64,000 bases of DNA from Tubulanus polymorphus (lineage: Eukaryota > Animalia > Nemertea), in contig NC_134031.1 in assembly GCF_964204645.1 (NCBI RefSeq), forward strand, positions 4,402,001 to 4,466,000, given 5' to 3'. This document shows, piece by piece, positions 24,501-38,500 of the stretch. The notes under the pieces were generated by a model. The model was not told the origin of the DNA, made no database searches, and saw only the letters and a program-made list of their open reading frames with translations. The position numbers were made by a program, and so were the translations under genes. How positions within the stretch are numbered: position 1 is the stretch's first letter; the number at the start of each line of letters is the position of its first letter.

Positions 24501-24979
24501 TTGGCTGTTTCGGTATGAGGGATTCAAGTTTCTTCAAAATTACTACATTATATCACGCTTGCGCGCCACACGGCTTCGAAATTAAAAAATGGAAATCATT
24601 TCTCGCGCAATTAAACTAAAAGCTGAAGCACAGAGAGAGAGAGAGAGAGAGAGTTGTCAGCATGAAAGATGATATATACATACATATACACTAGGATACC
24701 CGTAATGAATTATAATGAGCCGGCGCCAGTCAACCGTTACTATGACAACTACTACGAGCCGGCCAGACAGAACTAATGTCCCAACGAATTAACAATCGAT
24801 CGATAATGACACAAGACGAAGTGTTTGACGATGACAGCGGCGGCGGCGGCGTCTGATAGATTGAGGGATATAGTCGGCTGTCTGTCCATTAATGAATGGA
24901 CGACGACGCATGAACACCAGACAGAGAGACATCCGACTGAATTGCTACAAACGTCGAGCCAGTCGTTGTATAACGACTA

Positions 24980-25246
24980 CAGGGTTCAGTTTCACGAAAA
25001 AGTAAACCTTAAATTTTCGGTGTAGTTGCCATTGGTTACTTCACGTTTTCAATGAGGACAACAATTCAAACTGAACTGATTTAAGCTTAAACTTTTTCAT
25101 GAAACCGACCGCAGGGCCCAGTTTCACGAAAGAGTTAAACTCAAATTTTTGGTGTAATCGCCATTGGTTACTTCATGTTTTCAATGCTGACAACAATTCA
25201 AACTGAACCGTTTTAGGCTTAAACTTTTTCGTGAAACTGGGCCCTG
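24980..25246. mobile_element. Two adjacent ~133-bp Harbinger-like MITE copies
   Basis: The second copy has perfect TIRs CAGGGCCCAGTTTCACGAAA / TTTCGTGAAACTGGGCCCTG; the first is a diverged copy of the same element. Confidence 0.8.
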
Positions 25247-25279
25247 GACTCGGTTCCGACGAACGAATTCAACTATATT

Positions 25280-25420
25280 TACGGTAAACCTCGCTCTACT
25301 TGGACAAGACCAACTCAATTGAATCGAATTATTGCGACTTTCTAATGTATTTTCCCATCCTCATATCGCTTATCTCGTACCTTAGCCAGTTCGTCCGAGT
25401 TAGCGGCGACGTTTACCGTA
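25280..25420. mobile_element. Tc1/mariner (pogo/Tigger-like) MITE
   Basis: TA-flanked TIRs CGGTAAACCTCGC..ACTTGGAC / GTCCGAGT..GCGACGTTTACCG; second copy at 47108-47263. Confidence 0.7.
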
Positions 25421-26110
25421 CGATCGCGCTGAATTCAGTTCGTTTTTCAAAAAAGGGCTAACGTTTCAACTAGAATTGGGAACCCGGAACCGTCAAAGCA
25501 CACTTCAGGTTTACGCCGGCTATAGCTGCATTAACCGCGATTGTTAGCTCGTTTTCGTCTTCCGTAACAAACACGGAATAACGGCATTTTCCATCGATTT
25601 CGATGCAGTATACATCGTATACATTTTACTATATATATTATATGTACAGATATAACCAAATGGTATATATATAATATATATATATATATATGACTCGCTT
25701 TTAATCAATTGTCATTTTAGTTGTTTGACTCATACACAACGCAATACTAGAAGCAGGTACAATGATAATAATGATAACTTTTCATAATATACAGACAGCA
25801 GATTGATTGGCAAAACTATTCGTAGAAGTATTGGCGACAGTCTTGGCCCCTCGGATAAGACAGCAACGCGAAAACCGCGTCGCGGTCGGGACAATTACCG
25901 CGCGAAAATCAGTAACAACATCGACGATGTTTCGACCGATTCAGAAATATGGCGGCGCCATAAAATACGTGTCGTGCGCATGCAATAAATCCTCCGCTCG
26001 CATTTAAAACGCGGAGGGAAAATTTACGGATTTCGTAATCTATCGACAGGCGACTCCGCTCGACGTATCGTCCCGTTCACGTGAATCGAAGGTCAGATAT
26101 CGCTACCTCA

Positions 26111-26310
26111 TAAGCCGCGATCACACGGAGACGATATGGCCCGGGCCAAATTGGCACGGATCATGCTCGGGTCAATCATTTGTCTGGTGCTAAAATTTTG
26201 CTCGGGCCTGGTCCGACGTTTTTGATCGGGCCAAACAGGCTTGGGCCTATTTGGCACCCATGTGAACAGTTGTTCCGGACCAAATTCAGTTTCGAAATAA
26301 ATTCAGGACA
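26111..26310 (-). mobile_element. Truncated inverted copy of the MITE at 35061-35370
   Basis: Begins AGCCGCGATCACAC; ATTTGTCTGGTGCTAAAATTT and TTGGCACCC match the reverse complement of the 35 kb copy. Confidence 0.75.
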
Positions 26311-28573
26311 CTGCCGACATCATTTCGGAAAAATGTTCTGTTTTTCATCGAGTCGGTCGGATCGGACTTTGCTCGAAGCGGAGTCTACCGTTCTATCTAG
26401 CTGATAGGACACAGTTTCCTTAGTCACACTCGCGCGGATCAACAACCTACGCGTACAATATGTATAAATAGATATTTTGATGACGTGAAAAAGCGAGTAC
26501 AGCCTCTTTACGACAGCGCAAAAAAAAGAACGAACAGATTTCGTATCAGCCACCCGAGGTAATGGTTGTGAATGGTATTGAAAATCTGTTCGTTTCTTAT
26601 GAAGTATAATCTACATGCATGCACACGTTTATCATGATAAGCTTTTTACACGTATTGTCGTTCATGAAACTGTGCACATATCGTAATGCGATTCGTCAAA
26701 ACTTCGTCAAACTTCCCCTATCACATTATCAACTCCGTTCTTTGAACGCGGTGTGTGTAAATATATATACACACATATACATATACACGATCCTTCACGA
26801 CTGCCATCGGTCGAACAATATGTATATCAACTAACCCGATATATTCTCAGTTTTACCATACAGGTAATAGAAAAGAATTCCATATTACCTTTACGGTAAT
26901 ACAACCAGTCTTATATACAACACTAATTATTTACATACGTATTACACATGTAAAATGCACACGATTATATCATTTATATATATATATATATATATTTATG
27001 AATAATAATAATAATAATAATAATAGCAATATATTCATTATTGATTTAGTAATTATAAGCAATGCTGGCATGAAATTTACTTACTAAGAATAGGTTAACA
27101 ACCTTTATAATGCTGCCTTTCACTAACCACGAGGACAGTTTCTCGAACGCACGTCCACACCGTACGATATCGATTCAGACAGCCATCGTTAATAAAATGT
27201 ATATCGTACACTCAAGAAGTTTCGCCGACTCCTAACAAATTCTCGCACACGTAATATTGTATTAATCATTAACAAAAAATGATAGTATAAAATACGTACG
27301 TTAAAAACGTTTCCACAGTTGAGACAGTACTCCTTCGTAAAATGATACCTTACAGCGTGGTCGACAATGCCCTATGAAGAAAATGGCACGCGAAATAACG
27401 TAAAATTCGAAACGATGGCCGTCAGTTATCGAGTACCGTCGTGCGTAGACAACGCGACCGGAAAACGGTCCCCTATACATGAACTTAAAATGTTCCGTGA
27501 CATTTGCGGATAAATCTCGTCAAACCGACGTAATCAAATAGATATCAGCGGGGAATTGACATTAGCGCACCGATGGCTGGATCACCTAACTGTACCAACA
27601 AGATAGCTTTTTAATGCGAATAACAGGATTACCCTTCCACTGCTGGAAACGAACACGCAGGCGCACGTGATTATTAGTGTAGACTATATATCCCACGTGC
27701 ACGATCGGATATACGCAGATCGTCGCGAATGCCACGGACACGCAAGCACGCGCATACAAGTAAATACATCAAAGTTTATCAAACAAGTACAACAGCACAG
27801 TAAGGCTGACGAAACTCACGAACCCGCCCGACTGACGACCGTTCAAACACCGATTCTAAAGCACAACCTCGTCAACACTGGCTTCTTAGACACCCGGATT
27901 AAGCATCTGGTTCAATGCGCGGTTTGCCGTTAAGACCCGCACTTTAAAAACCATTCTCGAAAAACGAGAGTTTTCAGGCGCGTTCGCATCAAAACTTTTC
28001 TTCTAGTGTAGACGGTAAAAACCGCGTTCGATGCAACGCTCGAGCTCCACAATTCACCTTGATCTCGAACTACATTAGATGCGGTTTCATACTAACCAAA
28101 CCGAGTGTAGTGTTGGCGCCAATTAGGCCAGTTTTAATTTTCAATGCTTATAGGTTAACGCTTTTGATAACGAAGCTACATCCCATTCTCGTTCCAAAAC
28201 AGAATCGGGATTATATCGGTGATCAGTCGGGCCGATCGGCGAGCAGGCTGCAAAAAGAAACCTCGTTATATCGCGTAAAACATTTAGCACCATTCGTTTT
28301 ATTTATTTCATTAAAAGACCCGTAACAGAAAAATAAAGAAACCTCTCGAATCGCAATATTATAATAATATCAATCGCAAACGACGTCATTCAGCGACGAA
28401 CTACGTCGTCATAGTACGTAGATAATATTCGAACAGAAATCTTAGCGCGGATAGAAAGGGGAATAAAACGCCTCGCGCAGCTGCGACCACAGGCGCCCAG
28501 CAATCCGTTATTTTCTTAATAATTTCTGTCCATTGCTTAGACACGAATACATTCTCATATAACTTAACATTTA

Positions 28574-28577
28574 TATA

Positions 28578-28623
<46 letters not shown>
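28574..28623. repeat. (TA)n microsatellite
   Basis: Direct inspection; similar tracts near 20831, 25670 and 26975. Confidence 0.9.
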
Positions 28624-28629
<6 letters not shown>

Positions 28630-29765
28630 CTTTTTATATCTGGTCGGTCGGTTGGTTCGGTCGGTCGGTTCGGTCCGCGCGTGCGAGCAGGACAGCACGA
28701 GAAAGCAGCGCGCCACGACGACGACGACATCGACTATCAGTTCGGTTAAAACGCGATTGAAAAAAAAAGAAGAAGAAAACATAACTGCGAACTAACAACA
28801 CCGACAAGACGACACTACTACTGATCACAAATCGCTTCACGAGATATAAGAACCCCCACAACCTCAGCAACGGTCGCACGCGTATATATCCGACTAGCTC
28901 CCGTCTGTCGTTCGTCCGTCTGTGTTCCTATTCTTGTCGGACCCCTCTAACCCGCCGTATATTTAATATCAGCAAAAGCATGAAAACAAAAATACGTACA
29001 TACATAGCAGCGTCATAATATCTAGTTATACGTATATATTACTTTACGTAATGCCCAAAAGGTGGCGCCGAAAACGAGACGCCGGCTCTTATCAGGCGGC
29101 GATTTGTTCGGGGAAGTTGCCTCGTGGCGACGATTGCGACGGCGACCAACTGTTGTCCGTTGTCGCCGGGGAAACCGGTTTCGTCGGCGCGTATTTGCCG
29201 ACTACGTCTATCGTCACGTCCTGAAAATATACGGGGAGGAAAAATTAATATTTGAATACTTAACGATCCATCGGGAAATGAGGACAAAACACAAAAGTTG
29301 ACATATCATGCTTAAAACTTAAGCTGGTTATACATGTATTTCCAGAGGCATTAACCTCGATCGAATGCGGTATGTGCGGGTTATCAGAGCTAATATTCTA
29401 TAGAGTTTAGAGTTTAGTATATGCCACTCCATGCGCGCGCGCAGCCGACACCTGTGCAATACATATGTATGTAACCGAGACTATGGCACTTAGCCAGAAA
29501 CTCGATCAGCGCTAAACACATTGAGACATTGGTGACATTCTGCTGAAAACTAAACTAGTTGGCGCCAGGCTTTGGCACTGAGCCACAGCAGAAAAAAACA
29601 CGCATTCGTCTGTCAGCTGACCTGAATTCGAGTTCCGGGATTACAAGAGCGCGAAACTGAGAGAGAACAGGAAAGGAGAGTTTTGTTTCTTTTTTCAAAA
29701 ATACTATGATAATAGCGCCAGAATAGGTGAACTCGATTTAGGTCAGTGACATGTCAACACAGTAT

Positions 29766-30145
29766 AGGGTCCCTACAAATCAGTCATTCCTGGATATTAT
29801 AAGGCATTTTAAAGGAGATTCAAATTTCGAGGAAGCGTCTGCATCACTTTCATATTCACTCCTCCTAAATCAGTACTGTTTATCACTGGTTTTGTAGGCA
29901 CATTTTTATCCTTTACACCACATGGCTTCTAATACAGTAACCGCCTAATTAGTTCATTGTTCCCGACTGAATGGATAGTAGACTTATGGATAGTCTACTG
30001 TACAACTACAAGCTACGACAGTAATTTCCAATTGCCTATTTCTCAAAATTGAAGGAGGTTTGGGAATTCTGTTCAAATGAAAGGAGTTCCAAGCACCTCC
30101 AAAAGCATTTTCTGTATTGAAGGAATCAAGGAGGTGTAGTACTTC
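29766..30145 (+). mobile_element. Non-autonomous DNA element, CAGGGTCCCTAC family
   Basis: Homologous to 10398-10830 (inverted) and 47885-48066. Confidence 0.75.
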
Positions 30146-32204
30146 AATCCTTCTGCTAAACAGGGCTTAACAAAGAACAAAACAGCAACAGATTTGCGCA
30201 GCTGCGTTTTAATGGTTCTGACAAGAATACGAAAAACCTGTTGCTCGGCTGAATCAAAAATCAGGACTAAGGCCACCTCAATAATGAGTAAATTCGACTA
30301 ATATTTGTGAACTGGCTGTAAATGAACGAAGAAAATAATCGAAACTTCCAATTTACTAAAACCCAGAATGTAGGCTAATGAAACGTTGAAGATCGCTGTG
30401 TGTATAAATGTGAAAGAAAGCCAACGGCCGTCAGAGTTAGGAATTAATATAAATCAGGCAGGTCAAGGAATTCACTCACTCCTTCGGTGTATATCTGGGC
30501 AAGCTGTACTTTTAAAAGCAAGCAATGCGCACGCACCCGGCTAATCAACAACCGACCATCGGCTAATCAACAACAACCGACCATCGGCGGCGGCGGCGGC
30601 GGCGAGAGCAGCGAGATAGACGTCATTGTGTATTGAACTATTCGTGTATTGATCAACAGCTAATAGAAAGCTGGCGCGTCACGCAGACTACACGACTAGC
30701 CATCAATAACCGGGGCGCTTTCAACTTATTTGCACAATTGTTAATCTTTACATAGCCGACAGCGTAGATGGTCTACGCGCACTGGCGACGACGTAGTCAT
30801 TCAAATACCGGCGACGACGATTTCGATCGATGACGCTAAACCAGAAAATTTACATCGCGTCGTCAACAAATTTTCAACCGGCACCCGAGGATATATTATG
30901 TTTCTAGTGCGAGTAAAAGATGCCACGAATACAAAATATGGATACTCAGTCACTGTCACTATGGAAACCTCTTATGTTTTCCCCGTAGAAGTTCTTACCG
31001 CGTGCATAAGACTTTTTTAAACTATATCGCATTCGCTACCCCACATAATACACCAGGGAACGGGGAGGGGGGGCGGTTATTTATAATCGCGACAAGCTGA
31101 ACTAAATATCAGGTTCTATGAAATGAATACTTCCCCTCATTTCAGCACATTGATTCCAACCTAATATTTCGACTTTTACTCTTTCGATATTCACTAACGG
31201 CTTAGTAGAAGTACTGCATACCGTTAACTTCCTGGAACTGGCCACGCAAATGTACTGCTACTAGCCATTGCTAGAGTCCCGGCGGCAGTAACTACAGGTT
31301 ACGCGTACTTTTAACGGCGGCGTTGGCCAATCAATCGGTAAAATCAATAACAACAGCAGTACGCTGATCACACGGAATAATTGACCACGATCCAAGTACG
31401 TATAACCCTTCCCTAATGAATAGAGATGCGAGCACCCACGCCAAACACGCACCGCATTATTGATTAACAGACTGAGTATGGCCAACATAATTAAATATCT
31501 GGGTCGAATGTCGACAGGGGAGGTCGTGACAACTGGACAGCATGCGCTCTATATTCCGCCCGTTCCAGGAAATGTCACAGCTGACAATGGATGTTGAACT
31601 ATCAATAGGAGATTTGAGTTCAACGCTTCAATACGTTAGCTCGCAACACAACATGTGTACCTACGCAGCTGAATGCATTGACGTCACCGAAGCCTCGACC
31701 ATTAATTATGACTTTGTTTCGGTCACACCCAGCACCTCACGACCGATACTACAAGCGCCGAATCTCGATACTATACATACGAATTTATAGGTTTTCGCAT
31801 GAAATGAGTCCCTTTTTTTTAAAAAAAAAGAGCCCGTTATGTAACCTTAAAAATCCGCACACAAACGCACGCGACCTATAAACCCAATTCCAGCTAACAA
31901 TCACGCGTTGTGCAGTGTGTGTGTGTGTATATGCAGGAGAAAAAATCCATATCCTCATAGTCAATATCGGGAAAAAAAATATCACGAAAGCCTCTATAGT
32001 TACCATACAGATCGGATAGAATATATATATACACACACACATACTTGTGGTGGAGGTCGATGGATGTGAAAAGGATATCTGCCATTTCATAAAAACATGC
32101 GACTAAAACTTGATATCGGATGAATGGAATTGATCGCGACGAAGAACACCCCTGAACACGCCACACCCACGCGAGCGACGTGTCCATCATAAACCGCCCG
32201 CGCG

Positions 32205-32504
32205 CTAATTAGCGAATAAATTAATCTCGATTACCTGGTCGGCATCTTTATCGGCGGTCGCGACGTCGGTTTCGTTCGTGTCCGTATTGACGACGGTCAT
32301 TTCGGGCATCGTCAACGGTTTCTGCGGCGGCGTCGTCGCGCGCGTCAGCAGCCGCAAAACTTCGATTTCCTGCAACGCGGAAAAAACAAGTGACATGATT
32401 GATTCGACATGTTCATAATAATAGTAATAATAATAACAATAACAACGATAGTAATCTACCATCTTTAATCTCAGCGCTTTACATTATCAATGAATTTGAG
32501 ACAC

Positions 32505-32570
<66 letters not shown>

Positions 32571-35500
32571 ATCTAAATGACTCCGATTATATCAGGGTGG
32601 TAAAAAGCATAGGTAGAGGGCACTATTGGTGGGGAATTTGGTTAAAAAAATTCTCGACAAATAGTTTTTTCTCGAAAAACGGCAAGTTTTAAGATTCCTA
32701 GATTTTTAAGAAAACATCCAACTGACTGATCATCGGCGATACTTCAGGGAAGCGATGCCTGACAGAGCAGCAAAATTAATGCCATTTTTCCCAGAGTAAC
32801 GAGTTAGGCCTTTGACACGACGGCCTGTGTCCTGACGTACACAATGTTACGAACAGATGTTTCTAGTCCAGTATGAAAATACATTCAGTTTTCTAACCTT
32901 TTCAAGCGATTTTTTATCGGCCAAGGTTTTGTTGAACGCCTGCAAATTGCAGATACTCAGCTGCTGGAAATGCTGTATACAGCTTTTATGGTTCGTCACT
33001 TTGCCGTCGAGCGCTTGCTGCAGTATGATCACCTGTCGTTCGAGCACGTCTTCGAAACTGAGCTCGTCGTGGTATCTCCTCGGCGAACCGATCAACGGGC
33101 CTGCAAAAAACAATAATGTATCGGTAATTACCCGTAAACGTACGCAAACAAGAAATTCGGTCTCCGGGCTCAACATCCGATTTAAAATGGATCCAATAGG
33201 CATCACGAAAATATTGGCCGAAGTTTATTTTTGTACGATGTCTCCTACTGGGTGGCCACTTTAATTTGACTTGCTTTTCCTGTTGTTTTCCCTGACTTGA
33301 TCCACTCCACTAAGAATCCAATCAATTATCACAGTCGAATACGTAAATCATATGGTAACCGTTTGATTATAAGGGTGATCTAACAATCTCAATAAATTTC
33401 GCCGACTTTTCCAAAATTCATTGACTATTCCCAGACTTTATTAATGAAAAGAAAATTCTCCGACTTTTCTCTGATTTCCAGGGTAAGTTGCCAGCCCATC
33501 GTTCTAGGTAGGATATATATATATACATATATATATTCTCATTTTGAGAATACGGCGACATAAGTGCGCACTAGGGGGCAAAAAACTCGATACACGAGAT
33601 TAAGTTGGCTGAAAATGTCAAGGTCATCGGGTACTTGATACTTTCCGTGTATCAAATAAAACGCAGATAAAGAACGACGATGACGACGACGACGACATTA
33701 AATCTGCCAGGGACCGTCTCCCGGGTGAGACGCAAAATGAGACACCATTTTCAGATAACTCCCTTATATCGCAATCGAGCAAATGCCAGCTCATCATCAC
33801 AGATTTGGCAACGATCTCGAAACCAAAATGATCTAGATTTTAATAAAAATTGCGTATTTCGAAATATGCGCCAGTGTACCGGTATTCAGATCTCAGGTTT
33901 AATCAAACTGTCTCGGCCGCATGGTTAATTCAACTGATGTCACTGATACGTGTTTAAATGGTAATATATCAAGGCATTACCGGTAATAATCGACGTTAAA
34001 CGTTTCGAAATATTCGTGATTACTTACTGGATCCGCATACCGAGTCGGTATCCGACGCATCCCACGCGTCTTCTTTTTTAATATCGTCCGTCGAATTTGA
34101 TTTGAATCTTTTCGTCACTGGCGCGAGAGTAACGTTAGGCGCGAACTGCGGTTCATTCCTAGCACAAAAAAAGAAGAAAATTGCGTTTTTATTATCATTT
34201 AACTATCTGGATACTCTTCCGAAATTATATTATAATCCTCATTGTTGAGAAGTTCGTTGAGATTTGGATACAATTCCTGGTCATTGTTTCCTTAAATGTT
34301 TTGGCATCTTACAAATGACTTTGTTACACAAATCAATCAGCCGTTTAGAGAGGAAGTAATATCAACAGGCAGTTTTCTCAACAATCGGTTTTAGAGGGGC
34401 GGCCACCCCTTCCATTTTCAAATCCACTCCAACCTTTGCAAAAATCAGCCACCCCTGATAAAATATCTGCTGCCCCTATCATAGTGGATGTCAATATTCT
34501 ATATGTGGATAACTGCTTTGAAAAATTATGAGCCAGTGAAAAATAGAAGATTTCACCAAAATTAAGCTATATCTTTCTGTACCTTTTTTTAGGGGGGGGG
34601 GGGGGGGGGTCAAGTCTTGTTTAGCAGCTGGTATAAACATTCACCCGGGTTTAACTCAATTTACAAAGAATTTCGAATGGACCCGGCCGATCAGACGGAT
34701 CAGTTTCCGTAAGAAATAACTTACTCCGATTGCGAATCTGGTACGACGCGTTCGGGATTCAGTAAAACCGGCGGTCCAGAATGTAGATACGACGGCAAAT
34801 ATTTGCCGCCGGAATCCGCTCTGATTACGCCGTGTTTACCGTCTTTGTAAATCGGACACCACGGTTGAAATGCAGATATTCGAATATGCTCGAGAACGTC
34901 GTTATTTTTCGCGCGCTTGATTTCGTTTTTCTCGACCTCGACATCCTGAAAACATACGAACAACACTCGCATGGTTATCAAATGCAAACGATATAATTAC
35001 GTCTGATAATTTTTGTGATTACCCGGGGTATAGGAAGTGTATAGGGCTAATGCGGATATGAGCCGCGATCACAAGAGCATTTTTTGCCCGTGCCAAATTT
35101 GGCCCAGAACAACTTTTCACACGGGTGCCAAATGGGCCTGAGCCTGTTAGGTCGGGGCCAAATTTGGCACGACCAAAAACGTTGGACCAGGGCCGAGCCA
35201 AATTTTAGCACCAGACAAATCAACTGGCACCGGAAATGATCCACTTCCCTTTGTTTCAGCATTGTTTAGTATCGAGTGAATGGTTTGTGTGTGAACACGC
35301 TCTCTAATTAGGCACGGGCCAAATTTGGACCGAGCCTGATCCGGGCCAAATCATCTGTGTGATCGCGGCTATATCTAATATTGTAAAGCAAATGAGCATA
35401 TCTTATATGGATTTTAGACTCAATAAATTATTATTATTAATTATTATTTATGGTTTTGTCGAGCTCAGTGCCGTGGCGTAATGTATGCTAATAGAGCAGA

Positions 35501-38500
35501 AATCTAGCCACATGAAAACACGAGAAAGATACTCGAAAAAGAACGTATAACAACAGCACTCAGCGTGTGCTGAAGTAGAATATTTGCTGTGAGTCACAAG
35601 AATGTACTGAATCAACCCTCAGTCTGCAGAATCTGTCTGACAACACGAGAACTGAGTCACCTTGATGTCTGACATCAAAACCGCAAACTAAAAGCGTACT
35701 ACTTCCTATTTTCATTTCCCCGGTGCAAATTATGTTCGCGATTGTTTGCTATTTTCGGCTCCTATATTAGTCGATATGTCGTCAATTAATACGCGTATAA
35801 CACTAAATACGCATATAACATGCGTTGAAAACTTTTTATACCCGAGGGCGATGAAAATTTCGATCAGCCTCGACATACATTAAGGTTCCTCCGGATCAAT
35901 ACAATAGGGTTAATCAGTTCAAAACAAAAACATGAAAATAGATTTGGTCTGATTTCGATAATGATTGAAGCGAAAGTTTCGTCTGAATATATTTGAACTT
36001 AAATAATGGTACCTTCGCTCGGTTATCCATAGATCCGAGCCTAATTTTAGAATCTACGATTTATGGGGCGGGCGGGTTCAGGGGGTAACCTCGGTGCAGA
36101 TACGGCCGCGTGGAATATCCACATAGCTGCATCCATAAAACAAATCACCGACTGTGTTTAATGTTTGCGCGCCATAAAAATGGCAGTTTACCCTGCAGCG
36201 GGGTTGGCTTATTCGTACCGGGAGTTGAAGAGTTTACACTCGTGAGATGATGGAAGATTTCGGATGTCATCCACGTCATGAACAGAGTTCGGATATACGT
36301 CGGTTCGGTTCGGTTCGGTCGTACACTTTTCCGTTTCGATGAGGAATCATTTTTCATGAAGATTACATTCGCCAACGACAATACGAGATCAAGATACGTA
36401 TACGGACAAAAGGGCAAACCTAATGCATAATTTAAAGCCTTACATGATCGCTGAACATGATACTTCACGGCCAAACTTCTTCTAAAACCCATATATCCCC
36501 CATTCAATATTAGCCCCGTATATTTATGAATATCTTAAATTCGTAAGACCTCTTACGATCAGCGAATTATAAGATTACTTCTGCAGTTCTTTTTTTATTC
36601 AAATTCCACTATTCAGGCGTTAAGACTTTGCATTTACTTCCGAATGCATCGGCGGTCTACGGTACGACGATAAAACAACTACGAACTGAATATGGAAATC
36701 GAGATAAAACAGAATATGGAAATTAAGATAAAAAGCAAAGTGACTGCGACTGACTGCGACAAGATATACACGTAATTCTTATCAATAATTGACGTGTTAA
36801 CGAATCCTCGGCATGAAAATGGGCCATGCAAACGACTCCTGCGCGTATTTCATTTATCAACATTATCGCCTTAAAAACACTCCCGAGTCGCGGTGTGACA
36901 TTTAAGAAATATATACATGAAATATCGAAAGTTTTCTACTTTTCCCCTAATCTTATCTCAATTTCGAAAAGCGAAAATAGCAAAGTTCGTACCCGGTATC
37001 AAAATCCACTCTTAACAGATCGAAATCTTTTACTTTTTTACGAAATTCAATTTTCGATATTTCGTGCATTTCGAACACTCGTATATTCTAATCGACTATG
37101 TTGGCAACGCTTCAAAAGCATATGGCGCATATAGATCTAGTAGTTTTTCACAGTTAAGCCCAAGGGTACAATATCATTAATTTAGAAATAGGCAAATTTA
37201 GTACAATTTCATTAATTTAGATATAGGCAAATTTAATCCACATCAACCATCATTACATGAGCATTATATTTGATATATTATCTCTCGCACTCTCGCACTC
37301 AGTTCGCGGTTGATAGCTGAACATTTCGAACTTTTTTTTTCAAACCATCACCACTCTCTTTATCGCGAACATTGTTTGCCAATGCTCATTCTGAATTCAA
37401 AACCACAACAAGATTTCCACCAGGATTTGAACTGGTTGTGCGTGGATTAAACAAGGCTACATCGGTGAGTAAGAATGAAGGCTGGCTTATGTCGACCCGC
37501 AACGCAACTGGGTTAATCGGCGACTAGCTAGCGGCAACTGGTTGCCTACGACGGGTTACCAGTTGCCGTCATATCCGCTTGACATAAGCCGGCTTACGAT
37601 GGCAACCCTACGCCCACCGACTCGTCGTTTGCCCATGCTCTGCTCTGACCAACAGTAGGACGAGTTACTTTTTGGGGGCATCCAACCTAAGCTCAGCCCA
37701 GCTCAGACAATCAGAGATGGCATATACACATATTTACCCCTACAAGTCACAATGATGCAAAACCGAAACCTTTTTGAACAGAAACAGAACAGAGAAATGG
37801 AAGTGTTTTTTTTCTGTGTATATCTTTAACTATTTCAACTCTCTAATGGGCGATTAATAAAATTGAATTTAATTGGAAGTAACTTCATCGCAAACTCTCT
37901 CATTGAAAATTTCGATGCCCATTCTGAATTCAAAACCTTAGCGTGACACTAGATTTCGACAGTATTCGAACTGGTTGTCTGTAAAGGTGTTAAACAAGGC
38001 TACATTGTTGAGTACCAAAGTCAAAAACAAATTTCTTCCAATTTTTGCGTAAGAAATCACTCTATCTAAAATTCTCTCTTTCTCTCTCTCTCTTGCTCTC
38101 TCTCTCTCTCTGGGGTCTTATGTAAGCAGGCATACCACAACGAACATTCGTGGAATATCAATCACAGACAGACATAGGCTTCTGTAATGCTTTAGAGTAA
38201 AGTGTTTGTTATTACAGTCGGGTATATATAGCATCTCTCCCAACACATAGCCAGCCTTACAGATAGATAGATCTCAGGGGTTCATATAAAACCATCGGAA
38301 TTTTCAGTTGATTGCCGTTACAGCAACAACAAAAAAAAAAACCTTCTACCACAAGCGCAATTGCGCGCACGAGTCCGTGGTTAGTTATGAACTAATCTAA
38401 GGCGAATAATCAAAAATCCATACAACAATTCATTTTTCATTTGCAGTTGAATTCAATCAAGTCGTTAACCTTTTTCGGATTTACATATTTACCCATTCTC

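Noticed and set aside
19350-32035. Many Pumilio elements (UGUAHAUA) on the Ski strand
   Set aside because: Similar numbers occur on the opposite strand and most derive from TA-rich tracts.
17700-32200. Short ORFs from the ORF track (e.g. 20672-21106, 29039-29301) and possible miRNA hairpins
   Set aside because: The ORFs run through microsatellites or MITEs with no homology or splice structure. No known mature miRNA was recognised by eye.
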